Positions 23,288 to 36,072 of a DNA stretch of 64,000 nucleotides are shown here, piece after piece (within the stretch, counting starts at the first letter, position 1; each line of letters opens with the position of its first letter). The stretch is from NCBI GenBank assembly GCA_964106645.2, contig OZ067044.1, one strand, 5' to 3'. A program made the position numbers and the translations under genes. The notes below the pieces were generated by a model. It did no database searches, was not told where the DNA came from, and was given only the letters and a program-made list of their open reading frames with translations. The stretch is from Podarcis pityusensis. Taxonomy: Eukaryota.

Positions 23288-26072
23288 GGTTAAGCACTGT
23301 CCAGACTAAACACGAGCTCCAACCAAGGTTTGTTATTGGCTTGTGGTTAGTCTCAAGAGAACTTAATTATAAGCATGGTTTAGACATTTCTAGGAGTCCA
23401 CATATTCACACAGTCTTGCTAAACAATGTTTTGGCTTAGCCTGACTTATTAATAAAAGATGTGAAGTGGGCCTGAATTTTGAAATCATCAGAGGTTTCAG
23501 CATGGACGCTATATCACTCCTATGCTGTTTAGAACTGCTGAGGTATATATGGCTAGTTTGCACATAATACTAATCCATGGTTAATAGCTTATCAGGGTCA
23601 AGCAGCATGGTAGTTCATACTATCTGATTGCTTTGACTTCACCCCTACCCTGGTGTGAGTGGGAGCAGCAAGCCATGAAGCCTTGTCTTGTAATTATGTC
23701 CAAACTGGAATGTAGTTTGTTCCACCTTAACAAGCCATGGATCCATGTTGGCTAGTGACCATAGTTTGTTAGGAAGAAGCTATTGGTACAAGGGGAAAAA
23801 ACTAGGTATAAAAGGAGAATTCTTAGATGCCAAGATCCACTTTGGGGACAAGTAGTGAGAAAATCCCTGCAGATGTTTAAAATCACAAAATATGCAGCAA
23901 AGTACAGCATGGGAATATAGGCTGTTAGACCTTTAAAATATGCCCTTCCAAGTTCCTTTCAAAGTTTCCCTTTCAAAGGTTGGATTCATGTGATTTTCCA
24001 TACAGCATTCAGAAAAAAAGTTTGTTTGTTTTTCTTTTGCAGCTTGGGCTGTTTTACTATGTAATCAGCTTAAGTCTACTGAATTCAGCGGGTCTACTCT
24101 GAATGTGACTTAGTTGGATATCATCCTCAAGTTATAATTTCTATAGCACTTTTGGTGTCCAACTGTCTTCTATTTCTTTTTTGTTGTAGGGGAGGTATCA
24201 GCAATTTCCTTCTCTGTTATGATGCCCCACAAACTGCAGAAAGCCTTCCATAAATAGTTGATAGGATTTAACTATGGATTGCTTTTAATAATGCTGCATT
24301 TTTACTGATTTCTGTTACTCATTTTTCATTTTTTTAAATCTCAGGATATTGTTTTTTTGGGGGGGTGCGAAACATGTACAGAAGTAGGCTTCTGTATGCA
24401 TCTTTAAAGGGATTCTATGCTGGATGTGCAATTCCTCAGTCCAGCAGTATCTGTGCATGTGTAGAATCCTCAAATAAGCTGAAAATCACACCAAATCAGT
24501 TTTTTGGCAGTGGAAACTGAGGTCTGTCTCAACAACCCACCTTCTCTTTTCCCCACTGAACAGGTGACTGGCACAACTTGCAGTTTGGTTTGTTTGTTTG
24601 TTTGTTTTTGAGAGGGCTACACACGCACAGCTCTGGTTTCTACATGTTCACATTGTACAATTTGGGCCCAAGTATACATTACCTGTTACCACTATTTGGT
24701 AATTCATATCAGAGTGTCGCCAGTCATCCTGCACCTCAGACAAGACAACTTTTACTATTTTTTGTTTCTTCATAGTGCTATGAGCCTTGAAGATGGTTTT
24801 TTAGATGAATGTGAAATGCAAAAACTAATAAAAAATTGAAATAAGCTTCTTTATTGGCCAAACTTGCAATGGTTTTCAGAATTTTAAAGTACAAGTGAAG
24901 TTGATTGTGATAGAAATAGAACATGCTACACAAGGCGGTTGGAATAAACAATTTACTCTCTCATTAAGGATGACCATGCTTAGGTGACTTATGGCTTAAC
25001 GTTGCTCAGTCTCTTGTTATGTGTTCAGCCATCCTTAACTCAAATTAAAACATGGTTTATTCTACTCCCCCTTTGGAGAGATTGGGTAGAATGAAGCGTT
25101 ATTGAAATTTTCATCTATCAGGCATGAATCGGAAGGTAGTCCATGCTGACAGTGACTGTGGAACTGATTCTGATCTCATGGGTCAAAGGGATCTCGAATT
25201 TAAATTTACTAACTTTGTTACTGCCTGCTAGCTATTCTGTGTCTGATTTCTTTTAAAGCAGGTAATAACTATCTTTTACTATAAGAGGCAGTCTTGGCAT
25301 GATGGCTAAATATAAATTGGCAAATAAACTAACACCAAGCCCTATTTCTAGATTCATGTGCACATGCACTTAAGCAGCAAGCTCCTTCATATTCAATGCT
25401 ACTCCTTTTGTAAATGAAATGTTTCCCTTGCTTGAATAATGTACTATCCAGAGGCCCATCTGCGGCACAAATGTCACAAATAGTGATTGTTTGATGTATA
25501 ATGGTTTTTGCTACATACTGTCATGTTATATTAATAAAATTTTGAAAATGAGGGAGGGGGACAAAAACAAGTAGTGATCGTTCCAAGCATTATCTGAGCA
25601 CAGTTTAGAATAGATATGTGATACTGTTCAATGTGAAGCAAGCATTACAACCCTAAAAGTTCTGTAACTTGGGTAAAATTCTGAGCCAGAAAGTAAGTTA
25701 AGCTTTTCTCCCACTTTTTCTTCCCACTCACCCACACCCACACCTCCAAGTCTCCTCCCATTCCCTTTCCTTTGTTGTTGCTTTGGTGAGGCACCAAGAG
25801 CATGGGAAGCGAGCCCTTTCTTCCCTGCTCTCCTCACTGATGCCTGGCATGCAGCTATGCCTGTGTACTAGAGACAAGAAGTGCTGCAAAATGTCATTTC
25901 CCATGTCAGTAGTGCTGGAAAACCACATCCCTGTGTGTCTGGCACTGAGCCTTAAGTAACATGCAAAGTATTAGAGAAGGGAAGAAAGAGCTCCCACCTT
26001 TCCCCTGCCATCGCTGCTGTCACTAGAGCAACATAAAAGGCAAAAGTGAGGGATGAAGCTGGTGTGTAAATG

Positions 26073-26601
26073 CAGAGCCGTCTTTCCCATAGGGCTTAGT
26101 GGTGTGTCACACCACGGTGCCAGCCTCTCAGGGATGCCCCAGCAAGTGGAGGAGCTGTGCGGCTTTGCTAGCAGCCTCCCCTTTCTCTGCACACCCGCCA
26201 GCTGCGCCCCGCCAGCCATAAGGCTGGCGGGCATGCAGCTTCCCTCCCGAGCCTCCTCAGTAGGAGAGTGATCCTCACAGAGGCTTGGGAGTGAAGTTGT
26301 GCCCCTCCCAAGCTTCTGTGGGAGGAGAGCTCAGCTTCACTCCCAAGCCTCCTGAGGAGGAGAGTGATCCCTGCAGAGGCTCAGGATGGAAGCTGAGCCC
26401 CACCAACCATATGGCTGGCAGGCGCACAGCTTCCTTCCCAAGCCTCTGTGGGGATTGCTCTCCCACAGCGGCATGGGGGAAAGTTGCCCCCCCAATGGCT
26501 GGCAATGCGCAGCTACAGCCACCCCAACACTATCCGTGATAATTTGGGGGTGCTGGGCAGATATTTGCACCCCGGTGCCGCATCTGCTAAAGACAGCCCT
26601 G
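26073..26601. mobile_element. hAT (Tip100-like) non-autonomous element with internal repeat array
   Basis: TIRs cagagccgtctt / aagacagccctg; perfect 8-bp TSD TGTAAATG at 26065-26072 and 26602-26609. Confidence 0.88.
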
Positions 26602-27389
26602 TGTAAATGGATCACACCCTGCCATGCTCCAGCATCATCATCAGGGTGCAGCCAAGTCCAAAACAAACTCAGAACTGGGTTGGAAAGAACCAAGCTATTT
26701 TCTGAGTTTGAGAGAAACTTGGGGTGTTTTTTAAGAGCCCAATTCTGACCAAGAGGAGTTTGCCCACCGCTAGTCACAAGTAGCACAGGCGGCCTGAACA
26801 AGAACTGGAGGTCCTGTGGGCTTAGCTTTGGCATAACATCTGGCCTATGACTTCCACATTGTGTGGCCATCTGCTTCTGATTTGCTAGGTTAGAGATAAA
26901 ACCCAAGCACAGGAGGTGAGCTGTATATGTTCTGTAATGTGCACATTAGAATAGCACTGAATTGTGGTGTTATAATAAAGAGTTGTATAATCTTATGAAG
27001 GAGGGTGCAAGTAAGTGCATTTAGGATTGCAGCATTAGTTTGTTGTAATTGTAATCTTTGTGGTCCAATCCTATACACCAAGTGTGTAGTACCTTTGGCC
27101 CTCCAGAAGTTGTTGAACTACAATTCCCACCAGCAAGCATGGCCAATTTCAGCAAGATTTGGAGTGCCACAGGTTCCTTACATCTGCTGTACACACACAT
27201 CTGAAGTCCCATTGAACTAAGTGGTGCTTACCTCTGAGTAGACTTGAATAGGATTGCACCTTCAATATTTTAATTAAGATAATAAGGCTATACAGACAGA
27301 ATTCCAAACTCACTTGAGTTCATTTTCTACGAATGTTTCCATTAGAGCACCATGCTAATATAATTAGTTGGTCAAACATATGCAGGCTT

Positions 27390-27420
<31 letters not shown>

Positions 27421-27441
27421 TGTTGTTGTTGTTGTTGTTGT
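27390..27441 (+). repeat. Compound (TAG)n(TTG)n microsatellite
   Basis: Directly visible. Confidence 0.97.
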
Positions 27442-28906
27442 AAGAATGCAGTGTGTGGACATTAGTGATAAAGCTCCCTTTACTGAAGTACTTTTTTATT
27501 AACAGAGTATCTCAGCATCAGAAGTGTTGCCCTCTTTTTTAATGTACCTAAAATGGTTCAGTAATAATTCAAACCGGTTAATGGAAACAAGTCCTGTTTT
27601 GCTTTCCAGAACCATTGATTAATGCAATAAAGATTGCAGGGTAACCAAGTAGGTCAGCAACCCTGCAGTGAGACGTTGCATCAGGCACATAACATACGTC
27701 CATAGCATGTGCATATAGTTAAAATTTCACATCACAGTAGAATGAATTGCCTTACCATGGTTCCCTATTTAGAATTTTATCACTTTTCCAGGCTTCTGTA
27801 ACTGATAGATGTTCAATTATATGTAAAGTGACTATTAAAGCATCAGTACTCATCTAGGGGTCTAGGTCTCCTCTCCCCTTTTCTCTTGAAATTGTGTTAA
27901 AGCCATTAGTGTTACAAAGAAACGTGCATTCATCAGGTATAGCGATGGAGGCCAGGGTGCATATTACAGCTTTTACTGCATATAAGACGTTGCAGTCCTG
28001 TTCTTAAGAACTGCCAGGCANNNNNNNNNNNNNNNNNNNNNNNNNNNNNNNNNNNNNNNNNNNNNNNNNNNNNNNNNNNNNNNNNNNNNNNNNNNNNNNN
28101 NNNNNNNNNNNNNNNNNNNNNNNNNNNNNNNNNNNNNNNNNNNNNNNNNNNNNNNNNNNNNNNNNNNNNNNNNNNNNNNNNNNNNNNNNNNNNNNNNNNN
28201 NNNNNNNNNNNNNNNNNNNNNNNNNNNNNNNNNNNNNNNNNNNNNNNNNNNNNNNNTGCTATAGCCAGTGGTGCTCAGAGGGAGAGCAGAGAAAGGAGGG
28301 GCTGTGGAGGGGGAGGAGGCAATGTAGGGCTAAATTAAACAAAACAAAAAAAGGGTTTTGTAAGTAAGTAGAGTTCAGCCTGTACCTGTTAGCACAGTGC
28401 TACTAATTGTGTCAGAAGTGTTGGAATCTAAGTTTCAGTGTGTGATTAAAGAATTGGTTTAGAATCTCTCTGCATAGCCTTAATTTTTTTCAAGGTTCTT
28501 TGGGTGCNNNNNNNNNNNNNNNNNNNNNNNNNNNNNNNNNNNNNNNNNNNNNNNNNNNNNNNNNNNNNNNNNNNNNNNNNNNNNNNNNNNNNNNNNNNNN
28601 NNNNNNNNNNNNNNNNNNNNNNNNNNNNNNNNNNNNNNNNNNNNNNNGGTCATTCTAGAATAAACCTTTAACAAATTGCATAAAGGAAACTTATTATTCC
28701 ACAAGTAGAGGGCTATGCAGCTTTTCTTATTATTTTTTTCTGCTTGATTCAAAAAGTTGTTGAGACATGATAGGGAAAGGAAACAAAAAAAAAAGTGAAT
28801 AGAAAACTACAAGAAGTGAACATTCCTATGATGGTTATGATTTTGTTGCTACTAAAAATATTCTCCAATAATGTGGTTATTCATCTTCTCTCTCTTTTGG
28901 GTGAAG

Positions 28907-29028
28907 AATTCGCTCCAACAAGAAAATGCTTTTGTTGGTTGGTGGGCTGCCCCCTGGACCTGACCGGCTACCCAGCAATTTGGTTCAGTATTATGATGAT
29001 GAAAAGAAGACATGGAAAATACTGACAA
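28907..29028 (+). CDS. KLHL14: KLHL14 coding exon 2 (122 nt, start of Kelch repeats)
   Basis: ag|A ATT CGC TCC...: (R)IRSNKKMLLLVGGLPPGPDRLPSNLVQYYDDEKKTWKILT; donor A|GTAAGC; phases fit both neighbours. Confidence 0.96.
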
Positions 29029-29329
29029 GTAAGCAGTTTACTTTACGTTGAATTACCTTGATGAATTTTAAAACATGGTTAATCAAATTAGACACTTTAT
29101 TGATTTGCTTCCCTACAGAGATTTGTTTATATATTACACAGGTTTCACAATGGAAGAGTAAATTGAGATTGTAGGAGATAGTACCTGTACAACAGAACAA
29201 GCCTAAATTAAATCTGTCTTAAAATCATTTTAGTACGCTTATAGTGAAAACTGGCAAGGCTTTCTTAAATAAACCTGCCTCCTCCTCTAGGTACCTTTGC
29301 CTTTTATTACAGTGTATATTATATGCTGT

Positions 29330-29457
29330 GGACACAATCCAGCCAGTTAAGACCAAGTGCCACTAATTTAAGTAGGAAAGTTCAAAACATGCCTAGATCA
29401 CTCACACGGAAACTGATGCGACTTGGAAATTCCTAGCTTTCTAATTGGATTGTGTCC
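29330..29457. mobile_element. 128-bp MITE, possibly PIF/Harbinger-like
   Basis: Perfect 12-bp TIRs GGACACAATCCA / TGGATTGTGTCC, flanked by TGT on both sides (possible 3-bp TSD). Confidence 0.65.
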
Positions 29458-32400
29458 TGTTTATATTATACTTTAGAGCTCATGGCATATTGCATTGTAC
29501 TGCATACCCTTTTGCACCACTCATGTCATAGAGAATTTCCCCTTCCCTCCCGTTGCGGTCTTCCACAGCTTTTACTGACACAGCCAGGTATCAGTGGTAC
29601 GGGTCAGCTTCGGTAAACTGTACTGGCAGGTTTTCTATCCAGATCTGTCACCTTCTTTCTCAACGGCAACTATGTTTTACAGCAAGCATTTTGTCTTAAG
29701 CTTTGGAACTTATTGTTATAGTGGTTACAATTTCCAATCTAACGTGGTCATGGAATCAAATAATAGTGTTTTTTCCTGGTGCAGTAGGCTGTGTATTTAC
29801 TGGTCCCCTTGTGGGCAGACTAGCTGCACTGGTCAATAAAACTACATTTTTAACTGTCAGAATTGCCTAAAGCTGTTCAGATAAAATTATAAATGAGCAA
29901 TTCTGATCCATAAATCAAAGCCATACTTTAAAGGCCGGACAACTTGTGAAACTTAGATTTTATAACAGAAATGCTGTTTCCCAGGCAGCCTGATCCTATG
30001 AGGCCACTTTACCTGCAGTGGAGCAAACACAAGTTTGGCATGTACGGGGGAGGGGGGAGAGATATACTACGCAGGGAACAGCACTGGTACAATAGCTCCA
30101 GCTACTGCCAGTGCTCAAAGGTCCTAATTGTGCCCATGACACCTTAGTGACCCATCTCATGTTCCTTAGTATCTTAGAAAATTATATCACTTTTCTCAGG
30201 ACTCAAGTGTAGTTTCAAACTGCAACACTGGACACAGCTGTATATGTGTGTATACATATATTACTACTGGCTTCCATTTTTTTGGTCTCCCCTTGGGATG
30301 ACCAGATTCAAAGATTTCTCATAGTACTGAAGAGGGCATTTTTGGCAGATGCAGGTTCTCATAGAGTGAAAATGTGCATTTAGCAAAATATATTGTTCTA
30401 CACCACTATTATCCTCATTTGTATGTGTTTATACTTTCCTTCCTTCCTTCCCTCCGTAGTTGTTTAAAAAAAGAGATTTAAACAACAACCAAATAAGGTG
30501 TCATAGCTTTCAGGTTTACAGGAATTGCTGTGTTTCACTTACACAAGATGTACCACCAATTGAATTTCATCTGTAAAAAGAAAGTATATCAGAGTATACA
30601 TAGTATGTTTACATTGGAAGATCTTTCTTTTAAAAAAAGAAAAAATAATTATACACAGTAAAATATTAGTCTGAAAAAAGACTCAGTTTGCTTCTGAGAT
30701 TGCACTTCTGAGATTGATTGTACAGTAGAGTTGTTCTCAGGCAGGAGCAAATGAAAGAGAACTCACTGTGGAATATGTACATCAGGAATCTCACTTGCAA
30801 TGCAGCACCAGATGAAATATTTATCAAATGCATACTTACTGCTTTTAAAGACTTGACTGTCACTTTTAATTCACTGGTCTCATACAATGTAGGAAAAGTA
30901 TTTGGTGCTTCCAGGCTGGAGTCTCCCAAAACCACTCAACTGTTGTTTCCCCTCTATATATGCTATATGAAGAATTATAACTGACTAGGCAGGTGTGTTG
31001 GTGGCTAGCACTGGGTATGCACAATCAAAGGAAAATAAAGCACCAAACCAGAATATTGATCTAATATCTTTAGCAAAACTTACTGCTTTGGTCACCTCTG
31101 ACACTAGTAGCCTCTGGTGTTGGTTGCAGGACTCTTCACCAAGGTGGCTCCGAATGGCAAATAAGAAAGACTAAACATAGCCTGGAAGTTGCTGTTAAGA
31201 GCATTTTGGAAGTGGGGAGATAAGGTTGCCACAGAATCAATCAATGTTCTGTAAGCTTTCTGCAGCTTGTATATTGGAGGGAAGATGAGACGGCTTCACT
31301 TAGACACGGCCAGAGAAAACTTTGATAATCAGTTTTTAAAACCCTTTCTCCCCACCCCCAGATATGCGCTAAAGGACTTCTTAAATCACACTGTAATAAC
31401 CCAGCTCAGTAACATTAGGTAAAAGAAAAATATAAAAAGCAGCTGAAGAAAAACATATAATAAAATATTTAAACTAATTCACTTTTAATTAATGTACTTA
31501 CTCTAAAAGACAATGTTTTCTCATGACACCAAAGGGAAGAACACACTCAGGTGATGTGATTTTCACCACACGAATAGGTTGCTAACATGCTTTCTGAGGC
31601 CATTGTTTTAGAACCCATTATAAAGTTACTTTTGTAACTGTATCCTAGGAAACGGTGCTAATGGATACAGAACATGCCACTACAGAGGCTACAGTTTGTG
31701 GAGCACCTCTGAAATCATTCTGTCTGTAGGGATGTTTTGAGGTCTCCAGGATCCAGGCCTCCTGGAAGTTATCTATAGTGTCTCTATCAGATCATTATCG
31801 GTGTCATTGTGGCAAGCAAGTGAACACATAAATTCTGGGGCATCAAGAAGCAGCTCGCTGGGTGGAGCAGAGCCACTACACTATGTAGCTTCCTGCAGAC
31901 GGGTCACAGTTGCTTACTGGGACAGAGAGGGCAAAGGGGCACAGTGGTCTGCATAGTGCAAATGCACCATTGAAGCCAGATACCATGCCAACCTCACCAC
32001 CACTGACTCACCCCTTCCCTCCTGGTAAGCAACAGTAGCCCACTTGCCAGGAAGCAACTGTAGCGCCTTTGGCCCACCCAGCAAATTGCTTCCAGAGGGA
32101 TCCCTTTGCATCTGGGATCCCTTCTGCGGCATTTGTGGGCACTATAGTCTCCTAAACACCCCCAGTGGTGCCCACCATGCCTGCCCCACCACTCCTGATT
32201 TTTATTTATTTTTCCACAGAATGTATCCAGCCTCAAGTGAGCCCAAAGGCATTCTTGCTAGGAAGGGAAAGAAAGAGGCTGGGGCTACTGGAAGCCCTTT
32301 TGTCCTTGGGGCATGTAGGTGTTTGGCCTGTGTGAACATTCCCAGCTTTTCTTCAGTGCTATGGGTATTGGTGCCTGTGAGAGTTTCCTAGATTTCCATA

Positions 32401-32910
32401 TCTTCTTTATGCTGCTTCATCTTGGCATCTGTAGAACTGGACAGTAGTGAGAGAGAAGCCATAAGCATAATTGGATGAATGCTTTGATGTTCTCATAGGT
32501 CTAAGGAAAATGTTATATTGGAACTATGGATCTTGGAGACACGATCAAATAAAGAATCAGATGTGAGATTTTGGATGAGTGGGGAGGTGCATCCTTCCTA
32601 TATCTTTTTTCCCATTTCTAAGAGGAAAAGCAATATCTGGCTGCATCAGTTGATTTATTCCGTAGAATAGTTAAACAAATCATAAATGCTGGTCTCCATA
32701 AGAAATGGCCTAGCCAGAACTATGAAGACAGCTGCAGGCTTAGCGTGTATGTTGTGCATGGTAGCTCTGCAAGGAAAAGTTATTGCTTTGCCTGGTTTGA
32801 TTTTTTAATATATGCTAACCAAGGTTATTGTTATCATCTATACTTACTGTTGGATACACAACATCCCTCAAGTATTTCTATTAACAGAAATAATTGCACT
32901 TTTCTTAGAA

Positions 32911-33095
32911 CAGCAGTACTCAGTGTGGTGGTCCACAGACTGGTGCTGGTCCATGAGCCATAGGATGCAGTCCCCTGCAGCTCCACCACAGCCCAGGTTG
33001 GGTGGGATACTTCAGGAACTAAATATGGTACCTTGACTTGGCACATTGGGGGGGGGGATGCAGTTCCACGATATCAGCTAGCTTGAGAAGCACTG
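32911..33095. mobile_element. hAT-Charlie-like MITE
   Basis: Ends cagcagtactca / tgagaagcactg; perfect 8-bp TSD TCTTAGAA at 32903-32910 and 33096-33103. Confidence 0.8.
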
Positions 33096-33116
33096 TCTTA
33101 GAAGTACAGAGCACAT

Positions 33117-33284
33117 ATAGAAACATATGAAGCCAGATGATGAGTCAGTTTAGCTCTGTACTGTCTTCTGTGACACACAGTGGTTCTCCAGGGTTTCAGA
33201 CAGCAATCTTACGCCTACCTGTAGAGGCCAGTGACTGAACTTAGGACCTTCTGCAATCAAACCTACTGAGATATGGCCCCTCCC
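33117..33284 (-). mobile_element. Squam3-type tRNA-derived SINE (degenerate)
   Basis: Reverse complement reads gggaggggccatatctcagtagg...gcagaaggtcc...ctgtctgaaaccctggaga...; homologous to 37291-37446. Confidence 0.75.
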
Positions 33285-35587
33285 AATCTTAGTCATGGAA
33301 CCAGAGGAAGAAGCATGGTGCTGCTTCCAGTTTTAAATGACATATTGGAAGGGGAGAAAGATTCAAAGGAATTGAGATTTTTGTGTGCAATACAACATCA
33401 CATGCACATGCATGGTACTTTTAAATAATTGTATTTTTCATAGGATATCTGGAAACAAAGGAAAAGGAGACTGAAGGGTGCAAGCAAATATATCTTATTT
33501 TGAACAAGTGTTTTTATCTCATTTGTGTTCTGCAAGTTAAGTGAAAATGCTAAATGCAGAAAAAAGCTTCTTTGCTGACTCACCCATTGTTCTCAAACAC
33601 AGGACCTGCACAAAACATGCATTTAAAATAAACGAGTATTATCTGCGACATATAGCAAAATTGGGTGGTTCAGAGTAGCAGCAAAAGCTTTGCATTGTTG
33701 ACTGTGACTTTATCACTATAAATACTCTCATTATACTTTAAATTGAGTTTGGAATCTGCTTAACACTGGAGTTTTTACACATCAGTCAAATGAAAAGCAG
33801 AGACTGCTGTTTATATTGTAGTCAGATTATGTAATATTTACGACAATGTTTTTGTTCAGTCCTTTTTAAAAAATATTAGGCTGAATTTTAATGAACAGTG
33901 TTGCTTCACTTGTTAGAAATAAACCTGCAAGAGATAAAGAATATATAGATTTCTTATATTTCTGGTTGTGGAGTTCTTCCAAAAATTTCCTTAACACTAA
34001 GGCAATGATGTATTACTTTTACTTGCATTATATGTTTTTAATCAGAGCGAGACTTCACCCTAGACAAAGCGATGCTTTCTGCATGGTCTCACTTGTTTTT
34101 GCTAAAATCTTTTGACATGATTAATTTTACTTTAATGCTTTTGTCTTGTTGTACTGGTTAAGAAGATGAGGATGAACCAGGGCTAAAACACATGCTGTTC
34201 TATCCTGATATCACTGAGTTTAAAAAAAAAAAATCTTAGTGGGCTTAAAAAAAATGAATCCAATTGGAATTAGATTTCTTGCTAGTATGCAATTTCTTGC
34301 ATACTGTTGAAAAGAAGATGTCATTGCTGGTTGTTAGTTTTATTACTGGTGTTTCTTTAATAACATCACCTGTATAATATAATTAGTGGCTACAAAGGAG
34401 ATTGAATTTTACACCAAGACTCTAGCCGCATTTGCCAAGGAATGAACTAAGCCAACATTCTCATTCATCAAGCTCCCAGTCACCCAGGTTTTCCCTCATA
34501 CTGCCATCATCCCACAGGCAAAAGGATATTGCCACATCCTTGCTGGTGCAATGTCATGCTTCCCTAATGCAAGATTGGGGAGCAATCTAATTCTGTGCAG
34601 TGGGGGGAAATGGACTCTTGCTAGTTTTATCCCAAGCAGCGTAGATTCTTTTGAAGTGCATGTTGAGATTGCATGGAGACACCTGAATAGGGTTTAGAAG
34701 GTGTTGTTTATCAAGTCAGTTAATCTTTTGTTAATTTATTGGGAGGAAGATGGCCACCGAATGCTTGAAGCAGGGTTTTGAGCTCTAAGGCCAACTCTAA
34801 GGCACGTTTCTGCTCTATAACCAACCCTTAGCACTTGTTTTCATCCTCTCTTCCATTTTACTTCTTAACTCCTTTTAGTGCTTCATTTTGTTGTTTTAAT
34901 TTATTGTTTTATCTCATTGTTTTATTGTTCTAACTCCCCTAAACTGTGAGGCTGCATGAAGCTGGGCTGGACTGAACACTTTGCTAGGCAGTGCCAAACA
35001 CAAGGTCGAGCCAAAGCTTACAAGATACTAGTATTAAATTGAGGAAGAGAAACATTTTGATGAATGATTTACAGGCAATTCCCCATTTACACGGGTTTGA
35101 GACACGTGTATCGCCATCAATCTGGAAGTGGCACTTAAAGGGGCAAAAATGCCCTCCCCCCCAAAAAAGAGCGAACGTGGCATGAAAACAGCATCTAACA
35201 ATCCCACAAGCTTATGCAACTGCAATCCTAGGACTGCTGCTGATTTTTTAAAAGGGTTTTTCAAGAGTTTCCAGAACTTTATAGGGTTCAGTGGTGGTCC
35301 CAATATACATGATTTCACATAAATGTGTGATGCCTCGGAATGTAACTCCCTGCATACATGAGGAGTAGCCTGTACATTTCTTGCCCATCCCCCAGAGGGA
35401 TAGTTTGCATTATAGCATATATGGAAACAGCATGTAAATTTATACATTTAAAATTACACATTATAAAATAGGCAAGGATCACATGAATTATATAAACCCA
35501 ACACCCCTCCCTCATTTCATTTCAGTCATCAAGATGAGACAAGGGTTTAAAATATGCATTTATTTTTTAAAAAATAAATGCATTATA

Positions 35588-35829
35588 CAGTGGTACCTCG
35601 GGTTACATACGCTTCAGGTTACATACACTTCAGGTTACAGACTCCGCTAACCCAGAAATAGTACCTCGGATTAAGAACTTTGCTTCAGGATGAGAACAGA
35701 AATCACGTGGCAGCGGCACGGCAGCAGCGGGAGGCCCCATTAGCTAAAGTGGTGCTTCAAGTTAAGAACAGTTTCAGGTTAAGAACGGACCTCCGGAACG
35801 AATTAAGTACGTAACCAGAGGTACCACTG
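35588..35829. mobile_element. Tc1/mariner-Tigger-like MITE, copy 1 (242 bp)
   Basis: TIRs CAGTGGTACCTC / GAGGTACCACTG, flanked by TA on both sides. Confidence 0.93.
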
Positions 35830-35831
35830 TA

Positions 35832-36072
35832 CAGTGGTACCTCAGGTTACATACACTTCAGGTTACATACGCTTCAGGTCACAGACTCCGCTAACCCAGA
35901 AACATTACCTCGGATTAAGAATTTTGCTTCAGGATAAGAACATAAACCGTCTCCAGTGGCACAGCAGCAGGAGGAGGCCCCATTAGCTAAAGTAGTGCTT
36001 CAGGTTAAGAACGATTTCAGGTTAAGAACGGACCTCCGGAACAAATTAAGTACTTAACCCGAGGTACCACTG
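35832..36072. mobile_element. Tc1/mariner-Tigger-like MITE, copy 2 (241 bp), head-to-tail with copy 1
   Basis: Same TIRs; shares the TA at 35830-35831 with copy 1; TA at 36073-36074. Confidence 0.93.

Noticed and set aside
26236-26470. CRISPR-like repeat/spacer appearance; ORFs 26337-26906 and 26386-26748
   Set aside because: Vertebrate intron, degenerate units without unique spacers, no cas genes, and enclosed by hAT TIRs and TSD; the ORFs have no recognisable homology
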